Part shown: positions 11,259-20,094 of the stretch, piece by piece
Numbering within the stretch: the first letter of the stretch is position 1
Layout: each line of letters begins with the position of its first letter
From: Candidatus Poribacteria bacterium
GTDB taxonomy: Bacteria; Poribacteria; WGA-4E; WGA-3G
Length of the DNA: 64,000 nucleotides
Direction of reading: 5' to 3'
Assembly (NCBI GenBank): GCA_965205025.1
Contig: CBDBFU010000018.1
Span: 1 to 64,000 of the forward strand
The notes under the pieces: model-generated
Told to the model about the DNA's origin: nothing
What the model saw: only the letters and a program-made list of their open reading frames with translations
The model's database searches: none
Made by a program: the position numbers and the translations under genes

Positions 11259-14200
11259 TTACAAGGAAGGTAAACCGTTGACTATTTCAACTGTACGCAG
11301 ACTGACTCCAATCACACGACCCACCAAATCTACAATATAACGTTCATTATTCGCACGATTTGGGTCGTTTACAATACCACTGCGTTTGTCTGTCTTAATA
11401 CGATACTGATCCACAACCCACTCCAATGCTGACCGCGTCCCAAGCCGATAGTCATAAACTTCTTTTGGAATTCCAGAGATCGTCAGAAAATCGTTATAGA
11501 CTAACGATGTTTTATCTTTTGACAGTTTCATCTTCTCTACCTTCAGATTGATGGGGACATCCGGGGTTTCGATGTGTTGTAACTGTGGATATACAGGATA
11601 TTCTTCATAGTTGACGTGGATGTCTGCGAGTTCTGCGCCAGCATGTGCAAATCCCCAGAAATCAGGGGTATACGGGATATGCGGTAGGTCGCGTTTTAGG
11701 TTTGCCTGATACTTTTCACGATAATCTGGATGGTGTAGAAGTCCGTAGGTATAGTGGAAGATATCCCATTTGCTGATGGTGTTGTCGTTGTAATGTTCTC
11801 TGAATGCTGCAAGTGCCCAATCGGTGATGTTCTCTTCTCGGTTGGATCCGTCTTCGTCGTAGGTGTAAAATGGAAAGCATTGTGTACCACCATTAGCAGA
11901 ACTAGAAAACTTAAGCTCTGGAATTGAATTTGCAATATGGCAAATGAAGATATCATGTCCAACTCCACTTATGCAAATTACCATATTTTCTTTCTCTGAT
12001 TCTGGAGATGAAAAAATAGAAGGAAATACATAAACTCGTTGATTCATCAATCTATCAAAATAAAGGTGTACCTTCGTAAATGGTCGATATTGTGAATTTC
12101 TTATCTTTTCCGGAGAATATTCAACCTGTTTACCATTTTTCAGCGACTGTTTTAATCTATCAGTCCATTTTATTTTTGTATTATCATCTGTCACAAAATC
12201 ATCAACTTCTACATTTCTATCTACTCGATTACTCCACTTGAATAATTCTTCATTATAGATTTCAATCATATGATTAATATTATCACCGAGTGAATCGTGG
12301 TGAAAATTAAAAACCCATGCATCACGACTTGTGACTATTCCTAAACTAAAAACTTTAAAAATTACATCTAAAGCAGCACCTTTGTCAGACTTTACTTTTT
12401 TCGTACCCATAGGAATAAATGTATCAAAGTCATCATGTAGTCCTTCAGTTAACCAAGTATTCCTATTGTCAGGTATTATTTGAGACCATTCCAAATTCAG
12501 AACATGGTCTTTAGAATTGAGATATTCATACTTATTTTCTCTTCTCCAATATTCATCAACTTGAGTATGATAGATTTCTGACGAGTCAGAATTCACACCT
12601 TTCTTAATTAGTATGTTTATACTTACCCCAATCTGTATACCGAAGACGTTATGTGTTGTTCCTGATAATTTCGGATTATTACGGACGTCACCACCTAAAT
12701 TCAAAATGAAAATTGCATCAAAATCCTGTCCAAGATGTTTTCGCATACCATCAAAAGCAAATCCATCCAGAAAACTATTGTTTGTAACAAAGGCAACAAT
12801 TCCCTCATCCCCAATTCTGTCTGAAGCCCACCGAATTGCCTTCACATACGGATCATAAAGTTTATTTTTTAGGCTTGCATTTGATTCTGCAGCATAAGTC
12901 TCTTTAATCCTTCCATCCATTATCTTATATTCACGATTTCTATTATTATCGTTTTCATTTACTTGTCTGGAATTATACGGTGGATTGCCGATTACGATGA
13001 ACATATCCGTATTTTTCTGCCTTGATACTCTATCTGTATTTTTCTCTGAGAACAATTCAATCTGTTTATTTTCGAGCATTTCAAATGTATCGGCAAGTGC
13101 AATGCCTTCAAAGGGTAGATATTGCTGCGTGCGTTCATAGTATTCCTGTTCTATATTCAGACTGGCAATGTAGTATGGCAGCAGCATCACCTCGTTGCAG
13201 TGAAGTTCGTTTTGATATTTGTGCTTCAGGTTCATCCCATCAATATCCCGCATCAGTCGCACGATGAAATTCCCTGTCCCAACGAACGGATCAATGATAT
13301 GCACACCTTCGCTTGATAATGAGCGATCAAATTCTGTATTAAGGATATGTTCAACACTATTCACCATAAAGTCCACGATCGGTTGCGGTGTATAGACAAT
13401 CCCGTGTGTGTCTGCTACATCTGCCGAAAACCCTTGAAAGAACTGCTCATAGAATGTATTCAATAGATGCTGTTTTTGTGAGAAATCTCGGCAACCTTTC
13501 GCTGCGTTCTCTATGGCACGGTAGAACGGATCAAGCGGACGTAGGAATGCATCTCGACTGATGGCTTGCTGCATTAATGCTGCTGTAACTTTCTCTATCT
13601 CTTGTGCGATGATGTTCCGTGTGGTGAAATCGGATCGGTCAAATACGGTACGGAAGATACGTTCTGTGAGGATGTGCTGGATGAGCATCTCCTCAACTGC
13701 TTTTTGGGATAGATTCGGATTGATAGCAGATTTGCATGTCTCATAAAACCCGTTGAACGCAGTGCGGAAAGTAGCGTCATTTTCTAACTGTCTTTCGATG
13801 AGATCCATCATCTCTGTGGCGAGATCTGGAACGTGTGTTCTGAAATCGGCAACGGCGCGTTCCCAATCTTCGTGGACAGGTGTGGTGTAACCAAAAAGTT
13901 GGTGCAGTGTGTTGACGAGATTGTTTGGATCTGTCAGGTCTGTGTCAAGAGTTGTCTGTCCGTTCTGTATGAGGATGCCGCGTTCAGGTGTTTGGAACAG
14001 GATATTGTCTAACGGGTATCCTGCTTGTTGTTTCTGTTGAATGGCTTGTGGTAGGTCGTCGTGTATATCTTTGGCTTCCCAATAAGCAAGTGGCATACCG
14101 AGTTTTGTTACAGCACCATCTATGATGATACGTTCACCCGAATCGGTTTGCATCTGGTATTGCTGGGAGAAGGTGGCATCAATCTGTTTTGCGCAGATAT

Positions 14201-14327
14201 TTAGGAGTGCCCCGAAGGGTGCGCTGACTGCTCCTTCGTGGGTTATCGCCTGTTGGTTGTATTGTTGTAATGTGGCGTAATAATCTTTGATGGGTTTATG
14301 TGTCGGTTTAATGTTTAACTGGGGCAT
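11259..14327 (-). CDS. Fused restriction-modification enzyme: N6-adenine MTase with Type ISP-like C-terminal specificity domain, no helicase
   Basis: GIVYTP, DPFVGTG, VIGNPPY, GIVTSRDAW, YRPF and RSALEWVVDQY motifs; N-terminal IDG...WEAKD nuclease-like motif. Confidence 0.88.
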   Translation of the reverse strand: MPQLNIKPTHKPIKDYYATLQQYNQQAITHEGAVSAPFGALLNICAKQIDATFSQQYQMQTDSGERIIIDGAVTKLGMPLAYWEAKDIHDDLPQAIQQKQQAGYPLDNILFQTPERGILIQNGQTTLDTDLTDPNNLVNTLHQLFGYTTPVHEDWERAVADFRTHVPDLATEMMDLIERQLENDATFRTAFNGFYETCKSAINPNLSQKAVEEMLIQHILTERIFRTVFDRSDFTTRNIIAQEIEKVTAALMQQAISRDAFLRPLDPFYRAIENAAKGCRDFSQKQHLLNTFYEQFFQGFSADVADTHGIVYTPQPIVDFMVNSVEHILNTEFDRSLSSEGVHIIDPFVGTGNFIVRLMRDIDGMNLKHKYQNELHCNEVMLLPYYIASLNIEQEYYERTQQYLPFEGIALADTFEMLENKQIELFSEKNTDRVSRQKNTDMFIVIGNPPYNSRQVNENDNNRNREYKIMDGRIKETYAAESNASLKNKLYDPYVKAIRWASDRIGDEGIVAFVTNNSFLDGFAFDGMRKHLGQDFDAIFILNLGGDVRNNPKLSGTTHNVFGIQIGVSINILIKKGVNSDSSEIYHTQVDEYWRRENKYEYLNSKDHVLNLEWSQIIPDNRNTWLTEGLHDDFDTFIPMGTKKVKSDKGAALDVIFKVFSLGIVTSRDAWVFNFHHDSLGDNINHMIEIYNEELFKWSNRVDRNVEVDDFVTDDNTKIKWTDRLKQSLKNGKQVEYSPEKIRNSQYRPFTKVHLYFDRLMNQRVYVFPSIFSSPESEKENMVICISGVGHDIFICHIANSIPELKFSSSANGGTQCFPFYTYDEDGSNREENITDWALAAFREHYNDNTISKWDIFHYTYGLLHHPDYREKYQANLKRDLPHIPYTPDFWGFAHAGAELADIHVNYEEYPVYPQLQHIETPDVPINLKVEKMKLSKDKTSLVYNDFLTISGIPKEVYDYRLGTRSALEWVVDQYRIKTDKRSGIVNDPNRANNERYIVDLVGRVIGVSLRTVEIVNGLPSL

Positions 14328-14334
14328 GGTAGGT

Positions 14335-14364
14335 ATGTTAGCAGTTGTTTTGAGGAGGTGTCAA
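14335..14364 (-). promoter_or_regulatory. Putative sigma70 promoter for a leaderless R-M transcript
   Basis: TTGACA-18bp-TAACAT with an extended TG; the -10 box lies 7 nt from the ATG and there is no SD. Confidence 0.45.
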
Positions 14365-14431
14365 GTGAGTATGTGTATTCAGTGTCCTTAGTGCGATACC
14401 GCAAGACGCAATCTGGATGAAGGTTAATTTA

Positions 14432-15271
14432 TTAATGATGACTTTGTTCCGGATTTCCATTTGCCTCTCCTTCTTTATTAAAATCCACTTTTTGAGAACG
14501 GAGATTGTAATAGAGTATTGTAATACTGATAGCGTAAATCGGAGTCAACCAAACTTCTATGGCGGTGTAGAAAATTGTTGTTATCCAATCGGCTACCGAT
14601 GTCGGTGTGTGATCTGGATCAATCAGCAATCGTAGTTGTTGCTTTATAACGTCCCATAATGACGCCTCTGAATCAAAGAATCCAAACATTTGTATGAGTA
14701 TAACGAAAGATAAAGTAAGAATTAAGCTAATTGATAATAAGAGGAATATCAACTTGATTACATTCCACCAGACGCGCCACCACTTACCATGCACCAGGTA
14801 TCGACTTCTGCCAAATGCCTCCATAGTAGTCGTATTCTCAATTATAAGTACGGGTCCATAGAATATCCAAGAGATATGAATATAAACAATAATAGGATAC
14901 CCAATAAAGGTCACTGTTTCACTATCTGGAAATAGGTCTGGTAGTAGAAAGATCGCAACATAGATAATAGAACAACCAAAATAGGTATACACTTGAGCTA
15001 AATAACGTTGTATCACCTGCTTTAGTGTAATCTGTTGTCCGAGATAGATTTCACTCGTCGGTATAATCATAAGTCCGCATATTAAAGTAAAGAGTAACCA
15101 GCTTAAGATATCATCTATGAAAAAGGCAATCCACTCATTAACAAGGAATTCAGACACTATCATTCTTAACGTTTCACAGATGAAATAGAGTGTGCACAGC
15201 CAGAAAAATAACCAAAAATGTTTTCGATAAAGACTAAAAGCACCATCTAAAATCTCTGTGAAACGCATCAT
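14432..15271 (-). CDS. Integral membrane protein (GDPD-membrane-domain-like)
   Basis: EILDGAFSLYRKHF, EAFGRSRYLVHGKWWR and ILYYNLR motifs; ~6 TM segments. Confidence 0.7.
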   Translation of the reverse strand: MMRFTEILDGAFSLYRKHFWLFFWLCTLYFICETLRMIVSEFLVNEWIAFFIDDILSWLLFTLICGLMIIPTSEIYLGQQITLKQVIQRYLAQVYTYFGCSIIYVAIFLLPDLFPDSETVTFIGYPIIVYIHISWIFYGPVLIIENTTTMEAFGRSRYLVHGKWWRVWWNVIKLIFLLLSISLILTLSFVILIQMFGFFDSEASLWDVIKQQLRLLIDPDHTPTSVADWITTIFYTAIEVWLTPIYAISITILYYNLRSQKVDFNKEGEANGNPEQSHH

Positions 15272-15425
15272 AATAGGGTATTTCTCTATTTCAATTAGGG
15301 GTTCGGTAATCCTTGAAATCCTCTTAATCCAAGTTCAGAAAATTAATAAGACTGATAACCAATAGCCGAAAACCAACAGTTTAAGCCAAGCCGTTGATTC
15401 ATAGGTTACAACATGCTATATTATA

Positions 15426-15577
15426 ACGTGAGTTTGATAAAAGTCCATTGTAGCGTAAACTTTCCAGTTTGCGCACATAGACCACAAACTAGAAAGTTTG
15501 TGGTACAAGAACAATACGGTGTGCCTTCCAAGAAAGGACATGTTTTTAACTGATGCCATTTATTATCAAACTGGCGT
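15426..15577. mobile_element. ACGTGAG-TIR MITE carrying a GTAG-REP doublet
   Basis: TIRs ACGTGAGTTTGATAA / TTATCAAACTGGCGT; 9-bp TSD TATATTATA. Confidence 0.75.
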
Positions 15578-15706
15578 TATATTATAAGCTAATTTAGATT
15601 GGATTGACAACTAATGATAGAAAAATAAAAATTATGAAGAAAAAATAAGAATTCGCAACTATAATATACAACAATAATCATTAAGGAGTGGGGTCTTAGT
15701 AAATCC

Positions 15707-16312
15707 ATGAATTGCAAAAATAAAATAATCACATTAATCATAATTTCCTTTATCAACATTCCCAATCTGACCGATGCCATACAGATTCAAACGGCACAAA
15801 ATGCAGAAGGTGTGAATCTACAGAATGCTTCAATACAAAAACAAGCAAAAAACGCAGCAGAAAAAGATGCAATACAAAGCACAAATAAACTCGTTTGGTT
15901 TGGTACAGGTTTGGGATGTTGTATAACTACCTCTACTTGTGCAATCGTGGGTAGTTATATTGGTGGTAGTATAAATCCACCCCCAGTTGTTGAGGGTGAT
16001 GTCTTCCTCTATGACACAACACAGATAGGAACGAGTTCCTGTCTGTACGAAAATGGTTGTATAGATGAAGGATGTTTAATAGGCTCATTGTTTGGTTGTC
16101 TAATTCCTCTTATTGGTGTTGAAAACTATAAAATTAACCCATCACCAGAGATATTAATTGGAAAATCACCTGAATATATAGAACAATACACAAAAACATA
16201 TAAGAAGAAAAAGCGTTCAATACGTAGAAACATGGCAATTTCAGGATTTTCAACTGGATGTTTATCTGTAGGAATACTTACCTTGCTGATGAATTCCACT
16301 CACAATCCATAA
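15707..16312 (+). CDS. Cys-rich exported/membrane hypothetical protein
   Basis: Signal peptide, Gly/Cys-rich hydrophobic segments, LIGKSPEYIEQY motif, C-terminal TM. Confidence 0.65.
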   Translation: MNCKNKIITLIIISFINIPNLTDAIQIQTAQNAEGVNLQNASIQKQAKNAAEKDAIQSTNKLVWFGTGLGCCITTSTCAIVGSYIGGSINPPPVVEGDVFLYDTTQIGTSSCLYENGCIDEGCLIGSLFGCLIPLIGVENYKINPSPEILIGKSPEYIEQYTKTYKKKKRSIRRNMAISGFSTGCLSVGILTLLMNSTHNP

Positions 16313-16390
16313 TCAGTTTGATATCTATCATAAGCATCCAAATCAAAGGATTAAAAGAAAGGAAAAAGACACAAATTCATCCATAAAATT

Positions 16391-16509
16391 ACGTGAGTTT
16401 GATAACTGAGATTTTTATATTCAGTGCGGTTAGAAACCGCACCTACCGGGGGTATAAGAGTATTAATTTTGGAAGAGTGTAGTGCATATACCAATTATCA
16501 AACTCACGT
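16391..16509. mobile_element. ACGTGAG-TIR MITE carrying a GTGCGGTTAGAAACCGCAC REP
   Basis: Perfect 15-bp TIR; 7-bp TSD TAAAATT. Confidence 0.8.
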
Positions 16510-16601
16510 TAAAATTGAAAGCGATGTCAAGATACCATGTATTTATTAATTCCTTGACGATACACATAAAATCTGTAGAATACAATATAAGGTAATTAGT
16601 T

Positions 16602-17744
16602 ATGAAAATAACAGCAATCCACACATTCATGGCAAACTTCGGTAGCCGTCCACGCGGTCTTATCAAGGTAGAAACCGATGAAGGTATTCATGGATGGGGA
16701 GAAGCATACTCCACTGGACCAGATCTCTCTGTAGAACCCATAGCGAATTATATATTTGAGATGATTCAAGGTGAAGACCCACGTCGTATTGAATATATCA
16801 TGCTAAAGTTGTTCCAACAGTTCAGATTTCCACCAGGGGGTGCAGGTCTCGCTGTTATCTCAGCAATTGACCATGCGCTCTGGGACATCAGCGGGAAAGC
16901 AGCAGGATTACCCGTGTATATGCTACTCGGTGGACATGCACGAGATCGTATACGTATTTATAGAGGTATCGGTGGAAGAGATGGTATTGAAGCAGCTGAC
17001 CAAGCCAGAAAACTGAACGAAGAATGGGGATTCACTGCATTCAAGACAAGTCCATACCAACTTGATCCGGATGCTGCCAGATGGGGAAGAGTGTGTGATG
17101 CTGCAGCAACATATTTTGAACAGATTCGACTCAACACCCCTGATGACTGGGAAATAGCATTCGATCCACATGCCAAAATATTCGAACCCATTCGTGCTTT
17201 ACAACTTGCAAATGCTCTTGCACCCTACGATCCCTATTTCTATGAAGAACCATTACGTCCTGAACATATACCGGCGTGGTCACGACTTCGTTCTCAAATG
17301 CAAGTTCCACTTGCTACAGGAGAATCCTTATACACTCGGTTTGAATTCCTCAAAATCATAGCAGCACAAGGGGCAGATATTATTCAACCAGATATATGTG
17401 TATGTGGTGGTCTATTAGAGATGCGAAAGATTGCAGCTATTGCAGAAGCACACTATGTTTCCATTGCTCCGCATAATCCGATGGGACCATTAGCCACTGC
17501 TGTAAATGTACATTTTGCAGCAGCAACACCAAACTTCAAAATCCTTGAATATCTATTACCCACAGATGCGGTGTGGAATACATGGGTAGATGAACCGTAT
17601 ATGCCAAAAGATGGATATTTGGAGTTGCGCGACCGTCCAGGTTTCGGCGTAGAAATTAACGAAGAAGCCGTTACAGATAATGAGTATGTTCATTGGCAAC
17701 GAACTTGTCCGATCCGTCCAGACGGATCAACTGGGTATATTTAA
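16602..17744 (+). CDS. Mandelate racemase/enolase-superfamily acid-sugar dehydratase (galactonate dehydratase-like)
   Basis: ISAIDHALWDISGK, FDPHA, FYEEP, ATGE, IIQPD and APHNP motifs. Confidence 0.88.
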   Translation: MKITAIHTFMANFGSRPRGLIKVETDEGIHGWGEAYSTGPDLSVEPIANYIFEMIQGEDPRRIEYIMLKLFQQFRFPPGGAGLAVISAIDHALWDISGKAAGLPVYMLLGGHARDRIRIYRGIGGRDGIEAADQARKLNEEWGFTAFKTSPYQLDPDAARWGRVCDAAATYFEQIRLNTPDDWEIAFDPHAKIFEPIRALQLANALAPYDPYFYEEPLRPEHIPAWSRLRSQMQVPLATGESLYTRFEFLKIIAAQGADIIQPDICVCGGLLEMRKIAAIAEAHYVSIAPHNPMGPLATAVNVHFAAATPNFKILEYLLPTDAVWNTWVDEPYMPKDGYLELRDRPGFGVEINEEAVTDNEYVHWQRTCPIRPDGSTGYI

Positions 17745-17748
17745 AGTA

Positions 17749-18380
17749 ACGTGAGTTTGATAATAGGTAAATAAACTTCATTCTTTAAAGAATATTACTC
17801 CTATAGACCCGGTAGGTGGTGTTTCCCGGGGAATGCCATAAGGCGTACATACCGTTGATTCACCGCACTATAGGCGTCAATTTAAGGAACACCTTTCGCC
17901 CCGCTGGGGCTTAGCGACAGGGCTGCAACGTTTTCTACACACCTTTCGCCCCGCTGGGGCTGTTAATATGTATTACATCTGGTTTTTTATATCTCTGACG
18001 CACCAAATCAACGTTGAAGTAGGTTGAACAAAGCCAGAAGAGACGACAAGGGTAGTAATTACACTAACGTCACCCACTAAATTGACGCTATGAGTCCCGT
18101 AGGGACGGAATGTTTATAGCAAAAATAGAACCCACAGTATTGAGTCCCATAGGGACGGAATGTCTATATTCTTTTTGGACATAAAGATGGAAGTAGACTC
18201 ATCCTTCAAATCATAAAGTGAATTGTACTAATACCATTTCTAAATAATGATCGTCCATTATTAATTAAAGAAACCCCCTAAAGAATCAACGGTATGAATG
18301 CCTTAGGGCATTCCCCGCCCCTTATCAGGGGGACCACTAAGAGTATTCATAATGTGAACTATTTAAATAGAATTGGTATA
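17749..18380. repeat. REP/MITE mosaic with 35-bp elements (17827-17860 minus, 18284-18317 plus)
   Basis: GCGTCAATTTA/TAAATTGACGC-ended unit ~17873-18090; ATACCA-ended unit ~18231-18379; several REP hairpins. Confidence 0.8.
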
Positions 18381-18405
18381 AACTAAACCATAAAATGGAG
18401 AATAT

Positions 18406-19467
18406 ATGGAACCAGTCAAATTAGGCGTTATAGGATGTGGTGTCATCGGAAGTCGACATCTCAGTGTAGCAACACAATCAGACCATATTGAATTAGTCGC
18501 CGCGGCAGATCTCGTAGAGTCATACAGAGAAAGTGCTACCGAACGTTTCAATCCACCAAAAGTATATTCAAATGATATAGATCTCTTGGATGATGAAAAC
18601 GTCGAAGCTGTCGTTCTCGCATTTCCCACACAATACCGAACGGAAGTGGCACTACGTGCCTTCGAAAGAGGAAAACATGTCCTCATAGAAAAACCGATTG
18701 CTATGAACGTTGGAGAAGTAAATCAACTCATTGAAGCACGTGGGGATTTAGTTTCGGGTTGTTGTTCTTCTCGAAACCGATTCAACAAAGCTGCACGTCT
18801 TGCCACACAACTTATCACATCCGGTGGATTAGGTGATCTCCGAACGGTTCACTGCCGTGCACTCAGAGGATGTGGAAAAGAGCCGGATTCACCTCGACCT
18901 GCATGGCGCTTAAAGAAGACACTTAATGGTGGAGGTATCCTTGTAAATTGGGGTTGTTACGATATTGACTTCCTACTCGGAATTACAGGATGGGAATTAA
19001 AACCGAAAACAGTGTTTGCACAGACATGGACTGTACCATCCGTATTTGAATCACACATCGCAGAAGGTTCAGATGCCGAAACACACTATAATGCATTGGT
19101 ACGATGTGAAGATGGGACAACAATTACGCTTGAACGCAGTGAATTCATGGCAGCACAATCAAGCGCGAACTGGGAAATTATCGGTTCGGAAGGAGCGTTA
19201 AGACTGAATATGGGGAATGGTGATCCTGAAAAGGTTATACATACACAGTCAACCACTGCTGATGGTGTGAGTTCAGATCCGCTTGAAAACTTAGAGGATC
19301 TCCCCGGACCGCATTACAGTGATCCTCTGGTAGATTTTGCAGCTGCTATCCGTCAAGACCGGCAACCCATTACTGGTTTGGAACAAGCACTTGTTGTTCA
19401 GCAAATTACCGATGGGATATATGCCTCTGCTGAATCAGGATCTTCTGTAGAAATTGCTGACTTGTAG
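18406..19467 (+). CDS. Gfo/Idh/MocA family oxidoreductase
   Basis: GVIGCGVIG, HVLIEKP and GGGILVNWGCYDID motifs. Confidence 0.9.
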   Translation: MEPVKLGVIGCGVIGSRHLSVATQSDHIELVAAADLVESYRESATERFNPPKVYSNDIDLLDDENVEAVVLAFPTQYRTEVALRAFERGKHVLIEKPIAMNVGEVNQLIEARGDLVSGCCSSRNRFNKAARLATQLITSGGLGDLRTVHCRALRGCGKEPDSPRPAWRLKKTLNGGGILVNWGCYDIDFLLGITGWELKPKTVFAQTWTVPSVFESHIAEGSDAETHYNALVRCEDGTTITLERSEFMAAQSSANWEIIGSEGALRLNMGNGDPEKVIHTQSTTADGVSSDPLENLEDLPGPHYSDPLVDFAAAIRQDRQPITGLEQALVVQQITDGIYASAESGSSVEIADL

Positions 19468-19521
19468 TATCAATCTTAAGATCGTTTATTTGGTACCCAT
19501 ATCTTTTTATCCATCATTACC

Positions 19522-19985
19522 ATGGTAGGTGCGGTTTCCTAACCGCACTATAGGCGTCAATTTAGTGGTTTTCCCAGGCCGGTAGGTGCGATTTCCTAAT
19601 CGCACCATAGGCATCAATTTAGGATACACCTTTCGCCCCGCTGGGGCTTAGTGTTTTGTGTTTATTACGTTTTCTACAAACCTTTCGCCCCGCTGGGGCT
19701 TGGGATATTGGTGATAACCACTTCTATAGACATTCCGTCCCTACCAAATCAACGGTATGAATGCCATTTAGGCATTCCCCGGGACTCAAAACCAATAAAT
19801 CATAGTCTAAATTGACGCTAATAGTGCGATTTCCTAATCGCACTGGATCCTTCGCGAAAAACTTTATGAACGCAATTGGAACAAACCCGGTTCGGTTAGG
19901 AAACCGAACCTACCGACCTGAAATTTATAGCGTACTTCTCCTTAAATTGGCGCTAATGGTGCGGTTTCCTAACCGCACCGGATCC
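19522..19985. repeat. REP/MITE mosaic with a 35-bp element (19747-19781)
   Basis: 5x GTGCG(G/A)TTTCCTAA(C/T)CGCAC-type hairpins, 2x CGCCCCGCTGGGGC, GCGTCAATTTA ends. Confidence 0.8.
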
Positions 19986-20094
19986 GAAAATATGTAGCAC
20001 ACAGATTGCGTCCTATCGGACTTGAAAAGCCCTCCCACAAGAGGAGACGAAATCCGAAATTCTAACAGACGAATAACAAACGGAGAACTTATTC

